Part shown: piece by piece, positions 51,048 to 64,000 of the stretch
Layout of the letters: every line of letters begins with the position of its first letter
Numbering within the stretch: position 1 is the stretch's first letter
DNA from: Raillietiella orientalis
Lineage: Eukaryota
DNA length: 64,000 bases
Reading direction: 5' to 3'
Assembly (NCBI GenBank): GCA_036172245.1
Contig: JAYWIR010000016.1
Location: 3,534,001-3,598,000 of the forward strand
Position numbers and translations under genes: made by a program
Notes under the pieces: model-generated
The model's database searches: none
What the model was told of the DNA's origin: nothing
The model's input: the letters and a program-made list of their open reading frames with translations, nothing else

Positions 51048-52440
51048 CAGTTAGCAAGAAAAACAGAAGATTCTTCTAAACTAAAACAAATTATTTCTTG
51101 ATGAAGTATCCAGGAAATCTTTATGAATCACGAAACGTATGGTGATTCTATGGGAATTCAAAAACTACGTTCATATTTAACTAGCTACATGACTGCTTTG
51201 CTTACATGGACCAGCTTCTGTATTATTTCATCATTTATCAACCACAGTATTTTCCGTACTATGAAAGTTTCCCTCTCTTGGGAAGTGTCAATGCAAGAGA
51301 TAACGCAGCTTAAGGGGTGGAATAACGGGAAACCTGCTCTTTGTTAGCAAGAGCAATGTGAAATGATTGAATTAAGTACTTGATTAAGTGGATAGCTTTG
51401 TTTAGTTTGTATTTCGTGAAAATTCACGGTGAAAGATCGTGGATCCAAATGTTACTTAGAAAACTGCTTTCGTCAAAGGCAGATGTATTGGGGAAGCACA
51501 CAAATAGATGAAAATTATATGCTGATATATATATATATATATATTTCCATAAAAAGTTGGCAATTCCAGAGTGTGCTTCTTGACACGCTTCTCTAAGTGG
51601 GTTTAAAACACGTGTATGTGTTTCTCTGGTCACGGCGTTGAGCCCGTAACTTTGAATCTTTATCTATTTAATGGTGTAATTGTTCAATCATTTTGTAGCT
51701 GAGTGGGTGTTAAATCGTGGGGTTGGGGTTCGATGACAAACACCCCGAGTTTGCGCAGGTGCGGAGCAAAGGAACCGCTTTCGAATTCGCGTGCGTAATG
51801 TGCACTTTTCAAGTTATTGTTTTTAGTCATTGCAAAGTATATTTTTTTTTTTAATAAAAACAAATGATCATTCTTTATGGGATTATAGTGTGGCGAAAAC
51901 TTTATGTGTGTGTGTGTAGGGTGCATAAACCGTGTACCTCAGTGCATGGAAGCTTGTGTCCTAGGTGGCTGTGTGGTTAGGAGAACGTTTGCCGATAAAG
52001 CCTGAACCTTCGAATTGAATTCGTTGGGAACCCAAATCGTTGATGGAAATTGGTGCACAACAGCACAGAAATGTGTGTATTCCAAAGCATCCAGAATCGA
52101 GTGTTAAACGCTTTTGAAAAGGATTTTCAAAACTTGCCTGGAAATTCGATCGTATACGATAAAATATCAATAATGGAGAAGTGATTCTTTTTTTTAAAAA
52201 AAAGAAAAGTAAATTAACGTTGTTCTTGAAGTTGAAATTAGTGTACTATGCGGTTATACCATTCGTGTTGTAGAATTCAGGAAATTGTGCATGTTCTGCT
52301 TTTGATTCGTATACCGCTTACGAACCGCCATTAAAAAGAGAATAGTTAAGGTGCTTGTGATTTTTAAGTATGCATCCAAAAACCATATGCCATTTTTCTC
52401 CTTTAAGATTCTGCAGCTTGTAAAATAGAAAAGCTTCCAA

Positions 52441-54442
52441 ATGAATGAAGTTCATTTTGAAGGGGGCAGAATAGTCAAAATGGAGGTTGACTATGCTGCT
52501 GCTTGTGATGAAAAGATCCCCATATGTGAGAAATTGGCTTCAGAAGGAAAATTACAGGAAGCATTGGATATACTTCTCACTTTGGAAAAGCAAACCAGAA
52601 TGGTATGTATGTTTTCCTTAGAGTATTATGTAAAAACCATCATAAGTATTCTGTTTTATCTCAAGTAGAGATGGTATGGTAACAAAATACCATTCTTAAC
52701 TTTGTTGAAAAAATGGTGTGTGACTTTGCCATGATTAGCACTATTGGAATACGTTCATATTTCCATGATAGTGTCGATGCCCTTTTATAATGCGAAGAAA
52801 AATTCGGGATTTATTCATGAATTGTAATAAAGATTGCATGATAAATAGAGTACATTTGATATGGGATCTGTTGGAATTTTGTTCTAGTGATTTTGTGCAG
52901 CAAGTGTTTTTCATTCCAGGGTACTGATATTCCTTCTTGTGCTGCCATTCTTATTGCCATTGTGAAGATTTGCTTTGATACAAAAAATTGGGACCTCCTC
53001 TGTGATCATATTCAGTTATTAACGAAACGTCGGAGCCAGTTGAAAAATGCAGTTAAAAGAATGATTCAGAAATGTTGTACCTACCTTGATCAGTTACCAA
53101 ATAAAGAAATTGAGTTGAAGCTCATTGACACACTTCGAGCTGTTACAGAGGGAAAAGTATACATGAAATGGATTGATGTTGATAATTAATGTTGCATAGA
53201 TTTATGTGGAAGTAGAACGAGCTCGACTTACTCATCGACTGGCATTAATGAAAGAACAAAGTGGCGACATTGAGAGTGCTGCAAATATTTTACAGGAATT
53301 GCAAGTGGAAACCTTTGCATCCATGGATAAGACAGAAAAAGTTGGATTGTGGTGCATTCCTGTGAATCTGATTTTTTTTTTTTTTTTTCTCTCTACAGGT
53401 ACAATTAATTCTTGAGCAAATGCGCCTTTGCATGGCCAAGAAGGATTTCATCAGAACCCAGATATTATCAAAAAAAATCAATTGCAAATTCTTTGAAGAA
53501 CCTAATGTTCGTGACCTCAAGCTCAAATACTACAGGTAAACAATGATATGTGAGATTTGAGCACATCTCGTTAGACTTATGGTTGAAGTCCACCAGCGTG
53601 AAAGTGCATATCTTGAAATCTGCCGTCACTACCGTGCTATTTATGATACACCAGAAATCAAAGAAGATGCTGAGCAGAAACAGTTGATTTTAAAGAATGT
53701 AGTGTCATACGCCTTGCTTGCTCCTTATAATAATGAGCAGTCCGATCTTGTGCATCGTATTCTTGAAGATAAATCTTTGGAGGAAATCCCTGTATTTCAG
53801 TAATATGATTACCTTCACATTGAGGTTGATTTCTTTGCATTGACAACAGAGAACTACTTCGTCTGTTTACCCGCCAAGAACTGATCAATTGGAACTTTTT
53901 AGTACAGACTTATGAACAGGAACTTCGTCCTGTAGAAGTGGACAAAGCAGCATTTTCTTCATTGGATGTTTTCACTTCTAGTGTAGATGGCCAGAAACAT
54001 TGGGCCGATCTGAAGGTCCGGGTTATGGAACATGTGAGTATTGGAGGCATTTGAGATTTGCTGATGAACTTGTGATTAAGAATATTCGTGTTATGGCTAA
54101 ATACTACACACGGATAACATTCAAGCGAATGTCGCAGCTGTTAAATCTTCCAGAGGAGGTTAGTAAGCATGTAAAAAGAAGTAGTACATTTGTAGATTCC
54201 AGGAAACTGAAGAATTTTTGTCTAATCTTGTTGTGAATCATATGGTATCTGCCAAAACGGATCGGCTCAATGGAATTGTTCAATTCCAGCAACACAAAAA
54301 TTCAGATGAAGTTCTCAATGAATGGTCTCATAATGTGAATTCTCTCATGCAGCTTATCAGTCAAACAACTCATCTTATCAATAAAGAAGAAATGGTCCAT
54401 CGTCATCTTCTTCAAACTGTGAATGAACATAAAGTTTATTGA
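52441..54442 (+). CDS. PSMD12: 26S proteasome non-ATPase regulatory subunit 12 (Rpn5)
   Basis: Exons 52441-52602, 52920-53156, 53200-53340, 53399-53535, 53575-53799, 53850-54033, 54081-54158, 54203-54442. Motifs [66 protein letters not shown]. Confidence 0.96.
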
Positions 54443-54545
54443 TTTGTCAAATTATATAAATTTAGTATAATTCCAAGAAGTAAGGTATTTAAGTATTAAT
54501 GTTATACAAAAAATCAGTAAAGCATGTGCGTGTGTACTGATGAAG

Positions 54546-54551
54546 AATAAA
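54546..54551 (+). promoter_or_regulatory. Probable polyadenylation signal of PSMD12
   Basis: AATAAA about 100 nt after the stop. Confidence 0.45.
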
Positions 54552-55199
54552 ATCGGTCAGTTTTCATATTTGTTCAATTAATTGTAATTCACACAAACCA
54601 CCTAGTCACTTCATGAATTGATATCAGTTTTTACGAGGTTTTCAGTATGATCCACTGTGTGTGTGTTCTGTGCTTTGTGCCATGTAGGATAGAGCGAACT
54701 TTAAAAGTATGGAAGATAAATACTTAATATGCTTACTTGGTTTTTATTCTGCAACACTGGGATCAACGGCAGGACTAGTTTTCCTTGATCCTTGACGAGT
54801 AATGCCCACATTGTATGTATATTTTTGAATCCACCTTCCGTAAGGATGGATGTCCGAAATGTATTCAAAGCTTCCTTGATGAAATGACAGCAGAAACTCA
54901 TCTTACTACTTCCGGATTTCAGGAGAAGTGTTTGTTCCCGTTGGGCATATGCTTAAAAAGAAAAAGAATGCTAAACATTTTTAGCCACAAAGAGTCAGAC
55001 GAATGAAACATGATTGTGGAATTTGAGGTTTTCCCCTGAGGATACGCAAGCAAGCCTTTAAGTGTGAAATCAATAAAAACAACAAAATGGATCCGCGAAT
55101 GAGTTTATGATTTTTTTTTGAAGCGTTTTTCAATAAAGGAAACGTTTGCCATTTTGTCGACCGGGTATCGGCGAAACGAATGTGCTGAGGTTTTTCCTT

Positions 55200-56100
55200 T
55201 CCAAAATCTTGAAACAGCCGTCCCAGCAACCTGAAAGAGCATCGCCGATCAACCAGTTCCGGGACTCCGAACTGCGCGTCATGTTACAGCCTCGATGGTC
55301 ATGGGATCACCAGGAGCTGGTCAAAAACGAGTGGGCGAAACTGGCAGACTCGGTGTTTCGAGCACCAGGCACTGCAAGGCACGGACCTCTGCTTCGTGGA
55401 CCACCCAAGGGAGGAAATCCGCCTTTGGAAGAAAAGTTTGTGCTATCTGATTCTTCAACCAACATGTGTCGCTCAAGATGGAAAGTTCGAATGTAGGATA
55501 GCCAACAAGTTCCTGGACCGATGGATGCGCGCGTCGATCCGTCCGTTTTTCCCGACATTTAGAGGATTTAGAGGCGAAATAGAGTGAAAGTTTTCCAAGG
55601 AACTTTACCTCTTGCTCGAAGGCTCGTTTGTGCTTCCACGGTTCAGCCCGGAGGCCGAAAAAGTCGTCGGTTCTGGTGCTCCCGGATTGCAAATACCTGG
55701 ACCAGGTTCGCTCTTCTGCCCTGCCCGGCCGTTTTCCGTTCCCCAAGCCGGCCCCCGAGACACCCTTGAGCACTCGAGGGGCTGCAGTGAAAGAGTCTCT
55801 GCTGGGACCAGTGAAATTTTCAACTTGGAGCTGTCTCCGAGCTCCAGGGCACCACGACGAAACGTGCTACAGAACGATCCGGAAGGCCATAGGGGTGACT
55901 CGCACCCCAGGCCTCCACCGAAACCTCGGAGGAGCAATGGAAGTAGTCTGTTTCTCTGTCGGGTTCCATCGTGGCGTGTGGTGTAGCAAAAGCTCAGTGG
56001 TAGAAGTGGAGGCTTTAGGCTTGCGATCACCAAAGAGAACCTCAGCTCACATACACATGTACTCTGTAACTCGGCGGCTCCAGCAGGAAGCACCATCACG
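55200..56100 (+). mobile_element. Possible decayed LINE ORF2 3' remnant
   Basis: FCPARPF...RDTLEHSRGC resembles the C..C....ETLEH....C knuckle of LINE ORF2. Otherwise unreadable. Confidence 0.25.
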
Positions 56101-57099
56101 AACAACTTCAGCTAACGAGCCACGTCGTGGTTCATCACAAAGATCACCACTTTGATGCAGATGAGCGGCACACACCGCATCCTATGTTCAAAGCAGTCTG
56201 AATGTGGATTTGAACTCGAACCGAGGAATTGATGTTTCGTGCACACGAAAGGATAAGCCCTCCCATGCTTTTTTTGTGGGTAAACCCATACCGCAGCGTT
56301 GCTAGGCCGGTACGTTTCGGTTGATGAAAAAGGGCTTACGAGTACACGATTTCCGTTCAAGGCCGCCGGTAGCAAAAGTGCAACTAAGGGATATCGCAAA
56401 TGAGGAAAGTGAAAAGATGTAGGTGTGGAGACACCGCTACCCTCAATTCGTGCTCCACCTTGGAAACCCCAGTGCACTTTATCTTTGCTCTTGCCGTAAA
56501 GACGTGTCCAGCATACACTACGAGCGGGTAAAGTGCCATACATGTGGACTTTTGTGTTTGGGAGGAAGCATCAGGGACCATTCGCATATTTTTGGGGTGG
56601 AAACTCTAGAGATCAGCATTACATGCAAAAGGCGTTAAAACAGTGTGCGCTGAGTTGTGAATTGCATTTTTTTTTTTTTTTTCTTTTTGAGCTTTTATGG
56701 TTCATGTTGGATCCGCCATCCTAATGACTTTTCTGTCAGAAACCATATCATAAATAAAATGTGCTTTCCTTTCGTCACTCCTGAAAGTCCTTCAAGAGGT
56801 GGGGAGAATTTCATCTATCGAAACAGCTTATATTAATGCTTGTGGGCTTGGAGGACGTTAGGGTGAGCTGTCGACGACGATTCGCCGTTCGAGGTGCGTC
56901 CACGAAGGGACAGTACACATCCTTCTTCAGTGGCCCTATCATAAGGTCAGTTGCCATTACCTCTCGGCCACTTCACCACTTACATCTTCTGATGGGAATG
57001 CTCACGAGGGAAGAGGCGATGGTGGTTCCCACCATCGGAACGTTGCCAGTTTCGTCGAAGAATTTCAGTCCTTAGGTACAGACCGGCCGCCTGCTTTAT

Positions 57100-59640
57100 G
57101 ATTCTGCTGCCTCTGTAAGCGTGGAGCACGTGAGCAAGTGAAGTCGCATTGCTGTCCTGGAAAACTTGACCCCCGTCTGTTGCCAGTTCAATGATGCAGA
57201 CTTTTCATGTTTCACTGTGCTCAATTGACCTATGTTAAGACAGGAGATCGCTCTTAACATGTGGTGTTCGAGGCGATCGGGGTCCGTTGTGAAGGCAGCA
57301 GTTGCAACCAGAGAAACATCAGCATCGAGTAGCATCATCTGTCAAATACTGTGCTCGAGATCTCAAAACTTGTTGAGCCACGTATGGCTCCTCTAAGCAG
57401 ATTAGCACCTTCAGAACTCATCCTGAATTGAGAGCTTTCCAGAGTTCTCCCGTTACACATGTCACATAATCCCGTGTTTTGGTCGCACGTTGGTGGGTGA
57501 TCTCGCGGGCTTCCCTGCTCATAGGAAACCCTTCCCCATCTTCGAAGGTGGAAACTTCTTTTCGTCCCAATGACGTTGCTTGATAAGGCCAACGTGGAGA
57601 TCATCTACAAACATTAGGTGTGCCGGTCTTGCTTTTCACACAAGTCCACCAAGAGCCTCGGCGAACTGCTTATTGTCATGCGGTCCTCATGCATCTACCG
57701 GGATGAGGTAGGCGCAGCCAGACCCTCGGGCGACAAGCTCAGCCATTCCAACCATCGCACTTTTCTAGAATGACATGTGACAGTTTTCCTTTTACGAGGA
57801 CTGCCTTTCGTTAGTCTGGTGTCCCGATTCATGAACATGAGCACCAGTTCTCTGCTCCAGCTCCCTTATGTTGGAAACAGACAATTCGTTCGTCTTCTGA
57901 AGGCATATGATATCTTCCTATGGGAGGACACGACCAGTCCTCCTCATTTTGCACACGTTATTGGACCTGGTAATGCCAACTGGCCTAGCCGGATGTCCCC
58001 TACAGACGACATCGGTGCTTGTTGGCCTTATCGGGTAAGGTTCGCAGGATTCCACTGATGTTGAGGTCTCCTGTGCTGATTTCGGGATCCAAATCTTATT
58101 CCACAGAGGCTTCTTTCCCTTTGACCTTTTCCGAAATATGCGGAGAGATCAAGGTGACGATCTCCTCTGTTAAACAATTCTCGCATCGTGTGTTTTTGCC
58201 TACTCAGTCCAGTCGGATGCGCCTGTATAGAGTTGCAAAGCCACTGGGAATTAGTGGCTCCGGAAGAGACAGATTGCAAGCTCTACCGGTTGCCATGACT
58301 ATCGCCTGCAGTCCAGGGTGCACTGAAGCGAGCAGCCACTTCCTTCTTCCTCTTCCTGTCGAACTATGTCAAGCTTGTAGTACAAAGGAAGGTTCTATCC
58401 TGTTCCTTCCTCGTTCATCGGGCATTTGCCGGGTCTCCTGTAAAGGCGTGCCGTATCCTGGATAGCTTGTCCTTCCTGGATTGTTTCATGAGCCTCCAAA
58501 AGGTGCACTACAACCATGATTTTTTCTTTTTCTAGGGCCCCAGCTGCGAGACACTTGACCACTTCTTTTTTTGCCTAAGCCTGTCGTCGATTGATGTGAC
58601 CCTGTTCTGGCGCTGTGCTCTAATGGAGCTGCTATATCACGATACCTCCATAGCCATGGCACCCATACGCTTAGATTGTTCCTTTTCCGTGACTTGCAAT
58701 TGAGTCGGCACCTTGAGCCCTTGCTGTTTGGTTGCTTTTACTGCCGTCAATGAAGCAGACCCTTCAGTCTTGAAATTTGAAATTCTTTCTTTGTATGTCC
58801 TGCATCTTCGGAAGGACAAAGCTTAATGCCGCGGGCACGAGGTAACCAAACGTCCGGACTGCTGCATTTCAAGAGATAAACGCTTGCGGACCCGCAGGCA
58901 TCCTCAGCCCAAAGTCCATACATCTTCGGCAGAATGCTGACTTGTGTCCAATCCGTATGACACTTGCTCTCATGATAAGGCGACGGCTATCAAGGTCAGA
59001 TTGGCGACCGAATGCCTGGCTGCAAATACATTTTCCTTATTGTTCGCTCGGAGAACATGCCTACTACTACTTTCATCAGCAGCTGTATGGGTTTTCGAGG
59101 ATCCCAGATTGTTCTCTGGCATGTATGGACTCGGGCCTTGTACGGTACACATGGTCGGTGCATTGCTGACAGTCCCTTGATTTGTTTCTGCCTTGTAACT
59201 AGATGCCAGATTCGACAAGACATCCGCCGTCCCCGTGCTGTACACGGAGAATTTGTTAACGAATGGAGCGACTTCCTTGACTGACTGAAGGCCACCATCC
59301 CCTCGGTGTCGCTCCAAATCGATCTCTCCGATGGCTGATTCTGCAATGCCCCCCCTGCACGGAAGGTGCTGATTTCGGTATTCGTATTGACAGTCCCTAG
59401 CGGAGCGTCAGTGTTTCTGTATACCCTCTCTCCCATGTCCTCGGCATCCCCTATCAGATTGCTGGAGGAGGCTCCAACGCACGCGCGATGCTGGACATAG
59501 TCGCCACAGTCGCCGCATAAGAGGGGCACCTACGGTACGGTCGCAGCGCTTACCACCGGGTGGCGCGGCCGTCCCTGCGTAATCGTTACTAACTTTGTGT
59601 CCACGGTGCCCGCTGGCGGTGGGCCACCCTGTCTCCACAG
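57100..59640 (-). mobile_element. Decayed LINE 5' region: PHD-type ORF1 and AP-endonuclease remnant
   Basis: KRCDRTV../LLCGDCGDYVQHRACVG (59517-59473) fits a PHD finger half. QWNPANL (about 58057) and LMFVDDL (about 57610) resemble the APE motifs QWNANGL and IIGGDFN, in the expected order. Confidence 0.45.
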
Positions 59641-60131
59641 AGCACTTCGCAACAGCTAGTTCAAGCCATAAAAGAGTACGGTAGTTTCCTTTGTTTTCTG
59701 CAGTGATGATTATTGTTCAACTGCCAGGGTCAGGCAGACGTACATCCGGAGAGAAAAAAAAAGAAAACGGAAAACAAAGCACCCATGCGGTTTTGGTGCA
59801 ACAACTGCAAAAACTGCAACTCCTGTGAACGCCGCTCACGAAGGCGGGATCGACGTTCGCAAACAGGGTGTTTGTAGAAGTGAGAAATTGTGATGCTGAT
59901 ATACATCAGTGCACGATGTGCAGCAGTCGCCATTGTAGTTGTTTTTCTCATTCCGTGAAGACTTTCTGCCACCTACATAAGGTTCATGAATACACAAAAA
60001 GAATTAAAATCCAGATAGAATTGAAGTTATGGTATATTTCTTTTAGTACCATGGAATCAAAAGGAGGTCTACTTTGTTCTCGTACCATCGTGCTCATTGG
60101 AACAATTCACTGTACTCTCATCCAGTACACA

Positions 60132-62956
60132 TCATTCTGATGGCAACAGTTCATTGTTTGGTGAGGAGATGCCATGTTCTTCCATCCATAACACAGCATT
60201 GAGTAGACTGTGAACTTCCACTTCTGGTTTCTGAAGACCATGAACATCATCATAGTGAAGCATTCTAGCAACAAGATTTTTGTACAAATTGCAACAGTCA
60301 GATAACTTACTTGCACACATTACCCTTGCTGTGTAGATAAAGGAATAGTTCCCTTCCTTGTGAGCAAGGAACACGTAAGTCATTGTCACCAATGACCAGC
60401 AACAGAGGAGTTTGTATGTTTTCCATGTAACGTGCAGGTGATAGTGATAACATATGTGCTAAATCATCTCCAGAGATTGGTTTCACAGGATCATACTCCA
60501 AACCAGACTCAACCCAACACCAGTCAGGAATATCTGTTACCAGACACATACTTGCTATGTTGACAGCTGGATTTCTGGCCACACATGCTCTAAACATGGT
60601 CTAAGATTCGCAATCAAAACTAAACTCTGGTACTCAAATGAACTTACCGGATACTGACCTATCAAATGGAGGACAAGAAAACCACCATGGGATCCACCAA
60701 TCAAAAATAATTTTTTGGAGGACAGACGATTAGGATAATGGGCTAGAACACTCTTAACAGCAAACAGCACATCTTCAACATCCTGAGAACCACAGCGTCC
60801 AGGTAGAGACTGCAGATTACGTTCTCCACATCCAAGAGAACCTCGGTAATTGATCATCAACACAGCATAACCTGGAAAAAAGAAACTGCATTTGCACGTA
60901 TCATTTACTTCTTACCCATGCTAAGAAGAGTTGCTGATCCCAATTGAAAGGCATTGGAGAAAGCAGAATGTGGTCCACCATGGGGAAAAACCACTAAAGG
61001 ACATTTCTTTGTGCCTGGTGGCAGCACAAGAAGTCCATTGTATCCCTGTTCACTGTTATCATATGGTCCTTCAATATGTGCAAAATCTCTGCTGTGTACA
61101 TCACTGGTTGAGGTGAAAGAAAAATTGAGCATTTTGACAAGCCCTGGCAGTGGTGAGACATCCAAGATTTTGAGCTTCTGCCATGTCATCTGTCCATTCT
61201 TCTTCCAATGTCCAATCTAACAAACATCCTACAAACACATTCCATAGATTCATTGTACCTACTAGTAACTCAGGTGGATCTACTAAACTACTGATTCTAG
61301 CTAAGATCAAGTCATCTTTCACATCCAATACTGTTACATCATTACTTCCGGAAGGAGAGATTCTGCTCAAAACAAGAGTTGCTGAGAGAACAAAAGCTTG
61401 CTATACAACATGTACAATAAATACTTGTGTCCAACATGAATACATGCTCCTGATTGTACACCAAACTATGAAACACCACATGAGATCCCATGAAGCAGCG
61501 TTCTGGCAGCTGATCACAATAAATCCCAGTGAACTGACTTCCATCATGCAGCTGCTGTGCCACTTTCACAATTGGTATAAGCACAAAATGCTGAAAGCAC
61601 ATAAGCAGAAATTTCAAAAAAAGTGTGACCTACCTCATTGGTTGCAAATTTGTAACCCATCAGAGAAGCTGTTTTTCTGTGTGTACCTCCACTGGATTCT
61701 TGCAAGTAAACTAGCAATTCACCATTAGGACTCAAACGTGGAGAACGGACACAATCCCCTTGTTGATGCAAAATTTCTGTTCATTGACCCAGCAAATTAT
61801 TTTATGAAGCTGTGGCATGCATTACCAAATTTTCCTGTTCTGCTTGCATGAAACAAGATGCTGTGACGGTTAGTGCAGAACATCAGTCCTAGTTTCCGGG
61901 GAAGCTCTGTCCAAGCTACTCCAATGACAGCATCAGCATCTGGGCTCATTATTAACTGCCCACATGAAAGATGATCTGGAACCTAAAGAAAGGAACCATA
62001 AAAATTTTTTTTTACCAAGAAACTACTTACTCCATTTAGAATTGAAACATTCCCAGTAGATGCTTCTAAGCAGCAAATAACAGATGTGCACTTATTGGGT
62101 AGCATTTCCCCCCAGCTCTGATGATAGACATGGTCATTCTGTTCCTAAAATTCAAATGCACATCCTTAGAATTCTTGATGTACTTCTACTTCAGAAGATT
62201 CCTTGAACACACAAGCAGATGGAGATAAAGGTAGAGAAGGGCTTGTGCTTTTTTTCTCTGCAATGTAAAATAAGAATTTTTCATCCTTGCTCCATGTCAA
62301 AGATCCAAATTGTGCTACGGAGAGGCAAAAAACAACATACAACTACTTTGATGAATCAAGCCTACAATCAGTGTAGACATTTCCATGAAGATTGCAGGCA
62401 CTTATCTTCCAAGACTGCAGTCTTCGAGAATGATCCCATATTTCTATTGCTGCGTCTTCCGAATTCTTCGCAGAAGACTGCTTATGCTTGGAGTTATCAA
62501 AAACTTTCAAATATGCCTTGAGCCCTGAGGGGGCATATGCACACAGCTTTCTAAAATAAATTTTTTGAGAAAACCCGCGGCCAGAATTCTGCAAATATTT
62601 TTGCACGTCCGCGAAAAAACGAAAATTACATCCAAATACAAATTTGTTTCTCGGATTTGGTATTCACATGACATAATGAAAAAAGCACCAAAAATTTGCC
62701 TCATGTTTCACGTACATACGTACACACAATTTATTTCGGAAGGAGGAAATCTGCCAAGGATCCCTTCGTTTTCTTGAAAAACGACTACGTTTTCGACGAA
62801 CTGCGTTACTTCGTTTTTGCTCAGGTTTCTTTGTGAAAAAACAGCTTCGATGAAGGCTGCATTTTTAATCGGGCTCTCCAGAATTCTGGCTGATCCAACC
62901 TTGGGGAAGCCTATAAGTTTGTGAATCACGTTTAGCACCTCGGAGGTTTTATTCAT
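60132..62956 (-). CDS. APEH: Acylamino-acid-releasing enzyme (acylpeptide hydrolase, peptidase S9C)
   Basis: Multi-exon, GT-AG. First exon 62956-62724. Motifs HGNVYTD, SWGEML, RKLGLMFCTNR, VRSPRLSP, PLVVFPHGGPHS, INYRGSLG. Catalytic triad GGSHGG (Ser), GDNDLRVP (Asp), DVHGL (His). Confidence 0.94.
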
Positions 62957-63466
62957 GGCAGCAAGTTGGAGCTGTCGTTCACAAAAAAAGCAGGACCTAC
63001 GTATGAGCCACGCACTTCCTAGGGAATCCAGGAGGTTCAAAAGTGCCGGCCGGCACCGAGTCCAGCAATCAATCCCACTTGAAGATAACGGCTAAGCAGT
63101 GCCACCACAAATGGACCGCCGTCTTCACCGGAAATGTCCCGGAAATGGCCATTCAACAGCTGGAAGATATCAGTGGAAACGAACGAAAACAAAAACGAAA
63201 AAATGGCTTCGGCTGGAAACAACGGCAACGGGATGAATGCAACAAATTCCTACAGTCACGAAGGTATCTTCGTTAAGTGCTGAATATGCTCTCTTTTTTG
63301 CATTGCAGATGTCGATTTCCTTGTTTTCCGAATAATATGGTGGACCACCAAAAGACTGACGTAATACATCTATGCCGTATGCTGTGAAATGTCCTGAGAC
63401 AAAGTACTTTTCATGTGACGTGATGCCTTCAGTTTCATGACAATTCCATGACAGTGTCCGGAAACA

Positions 63467-63620
63467 CAGAGTGTCTTTATTAGTTTCGATGATGCTGGAT
63501 TCGAGTATTTTCCCTTTCCGTGTATTCGTGATAATAATGCATGCGTGCATGCGTCGTACTTCATTTCAGTAATGAGATCTGAAAAGCAAAAGACATCTAG
63601 CAACTGATTTTATTCTTCGA
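63467..63620 (-). mobile_element. Possible Penelope-like GIY-YIG endonuclease C-terminal remnant
   Basis: ITNTRKGKILESSIIETNKDTL resembles the Penelope motif N..KRKILES..I......LN. Short and isolated. Confidence 0.3.
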
Positions 63621-64000
63621 CTTTCGAAACATTTCTAACACGGAACTAAGCAGCACACTTCCCTGAGTTTTGTTTGCATTCATGGCCCACCCTTCTTGTA
63701 TTTACTCTACGATTCAGGGTACCCTCCATTCCGTCATTGCGAACGACAAAGCATTAGACTTCATAGAATCAGTGGCCTGAAAAAAAAAACCACCCCCCAA
63801 AAGTGGAATCATCTAAGTAACGTTTGTTTCTGCTTTCTTGCTTTCCACACGAACGGCAACTGAATCCCATGACAAAGGTTCCTTCGAGAATCCTGATTTT
63901 CTCAGTCTACGCAAACCCTGCAGTGAGAAAAATTTCATCGGAGCACACAACTCTCTCTTCGTCTGCTTTCAGGCTACTCCTTCAAGAGTGGCGTTTCAAA

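Noticed and set aside
52368..52407. Spliced-leader trans-splicing suggested by acceptors just upstream of the PSMD12 and APEH start codons
   Set aside because: Both have plausible cis donors at typical distance (40-nt intron 52368-52407; 44-nt intron 63015-62972), so ordinary 5' UTR introns explain them.

Overview
Eukaryotic (invertebrate, probably arthropod) genomic window from a compact genome. Most introns are about 38-60 nt. Seven spliced protein-coding genes can be reconstructed by hand: the 3' part of kismet/CHD7-8 (+), AFG3L2 (-, one GC-AG intron), CNOT11 (-), a two-exon Dmrt99B/DMRTA-like gene with DM and DMA domains (+), an SLC35D/fringe-connection-like nucleotide-sugar transporter (-), PSMD12/Rpn5 (+) and APEH (-). 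The housekeeping genes lie in AT-rich, CpG-poor blocks. These alternate sharply with GC/CpG-rich blocks holding the Dmrt gene, decayed L1/Tx1-like and other LINE fragments, two oppositely oriented LTR-like copies and an intronless frameshifted pseudogene of a four-TM protein. The best hidden signal is a box C/D snoRNA in a kismet intron whose D' guide predicts 2'-O-methylation of U6 A53. This is the target of human SNORD8/9, which I recall are hosted in CHD8 introns, suggesting an ancient guide-host pairing. Most short ORFs in the GC-rich blocks look spurious. All calls are by eye, without database searches.
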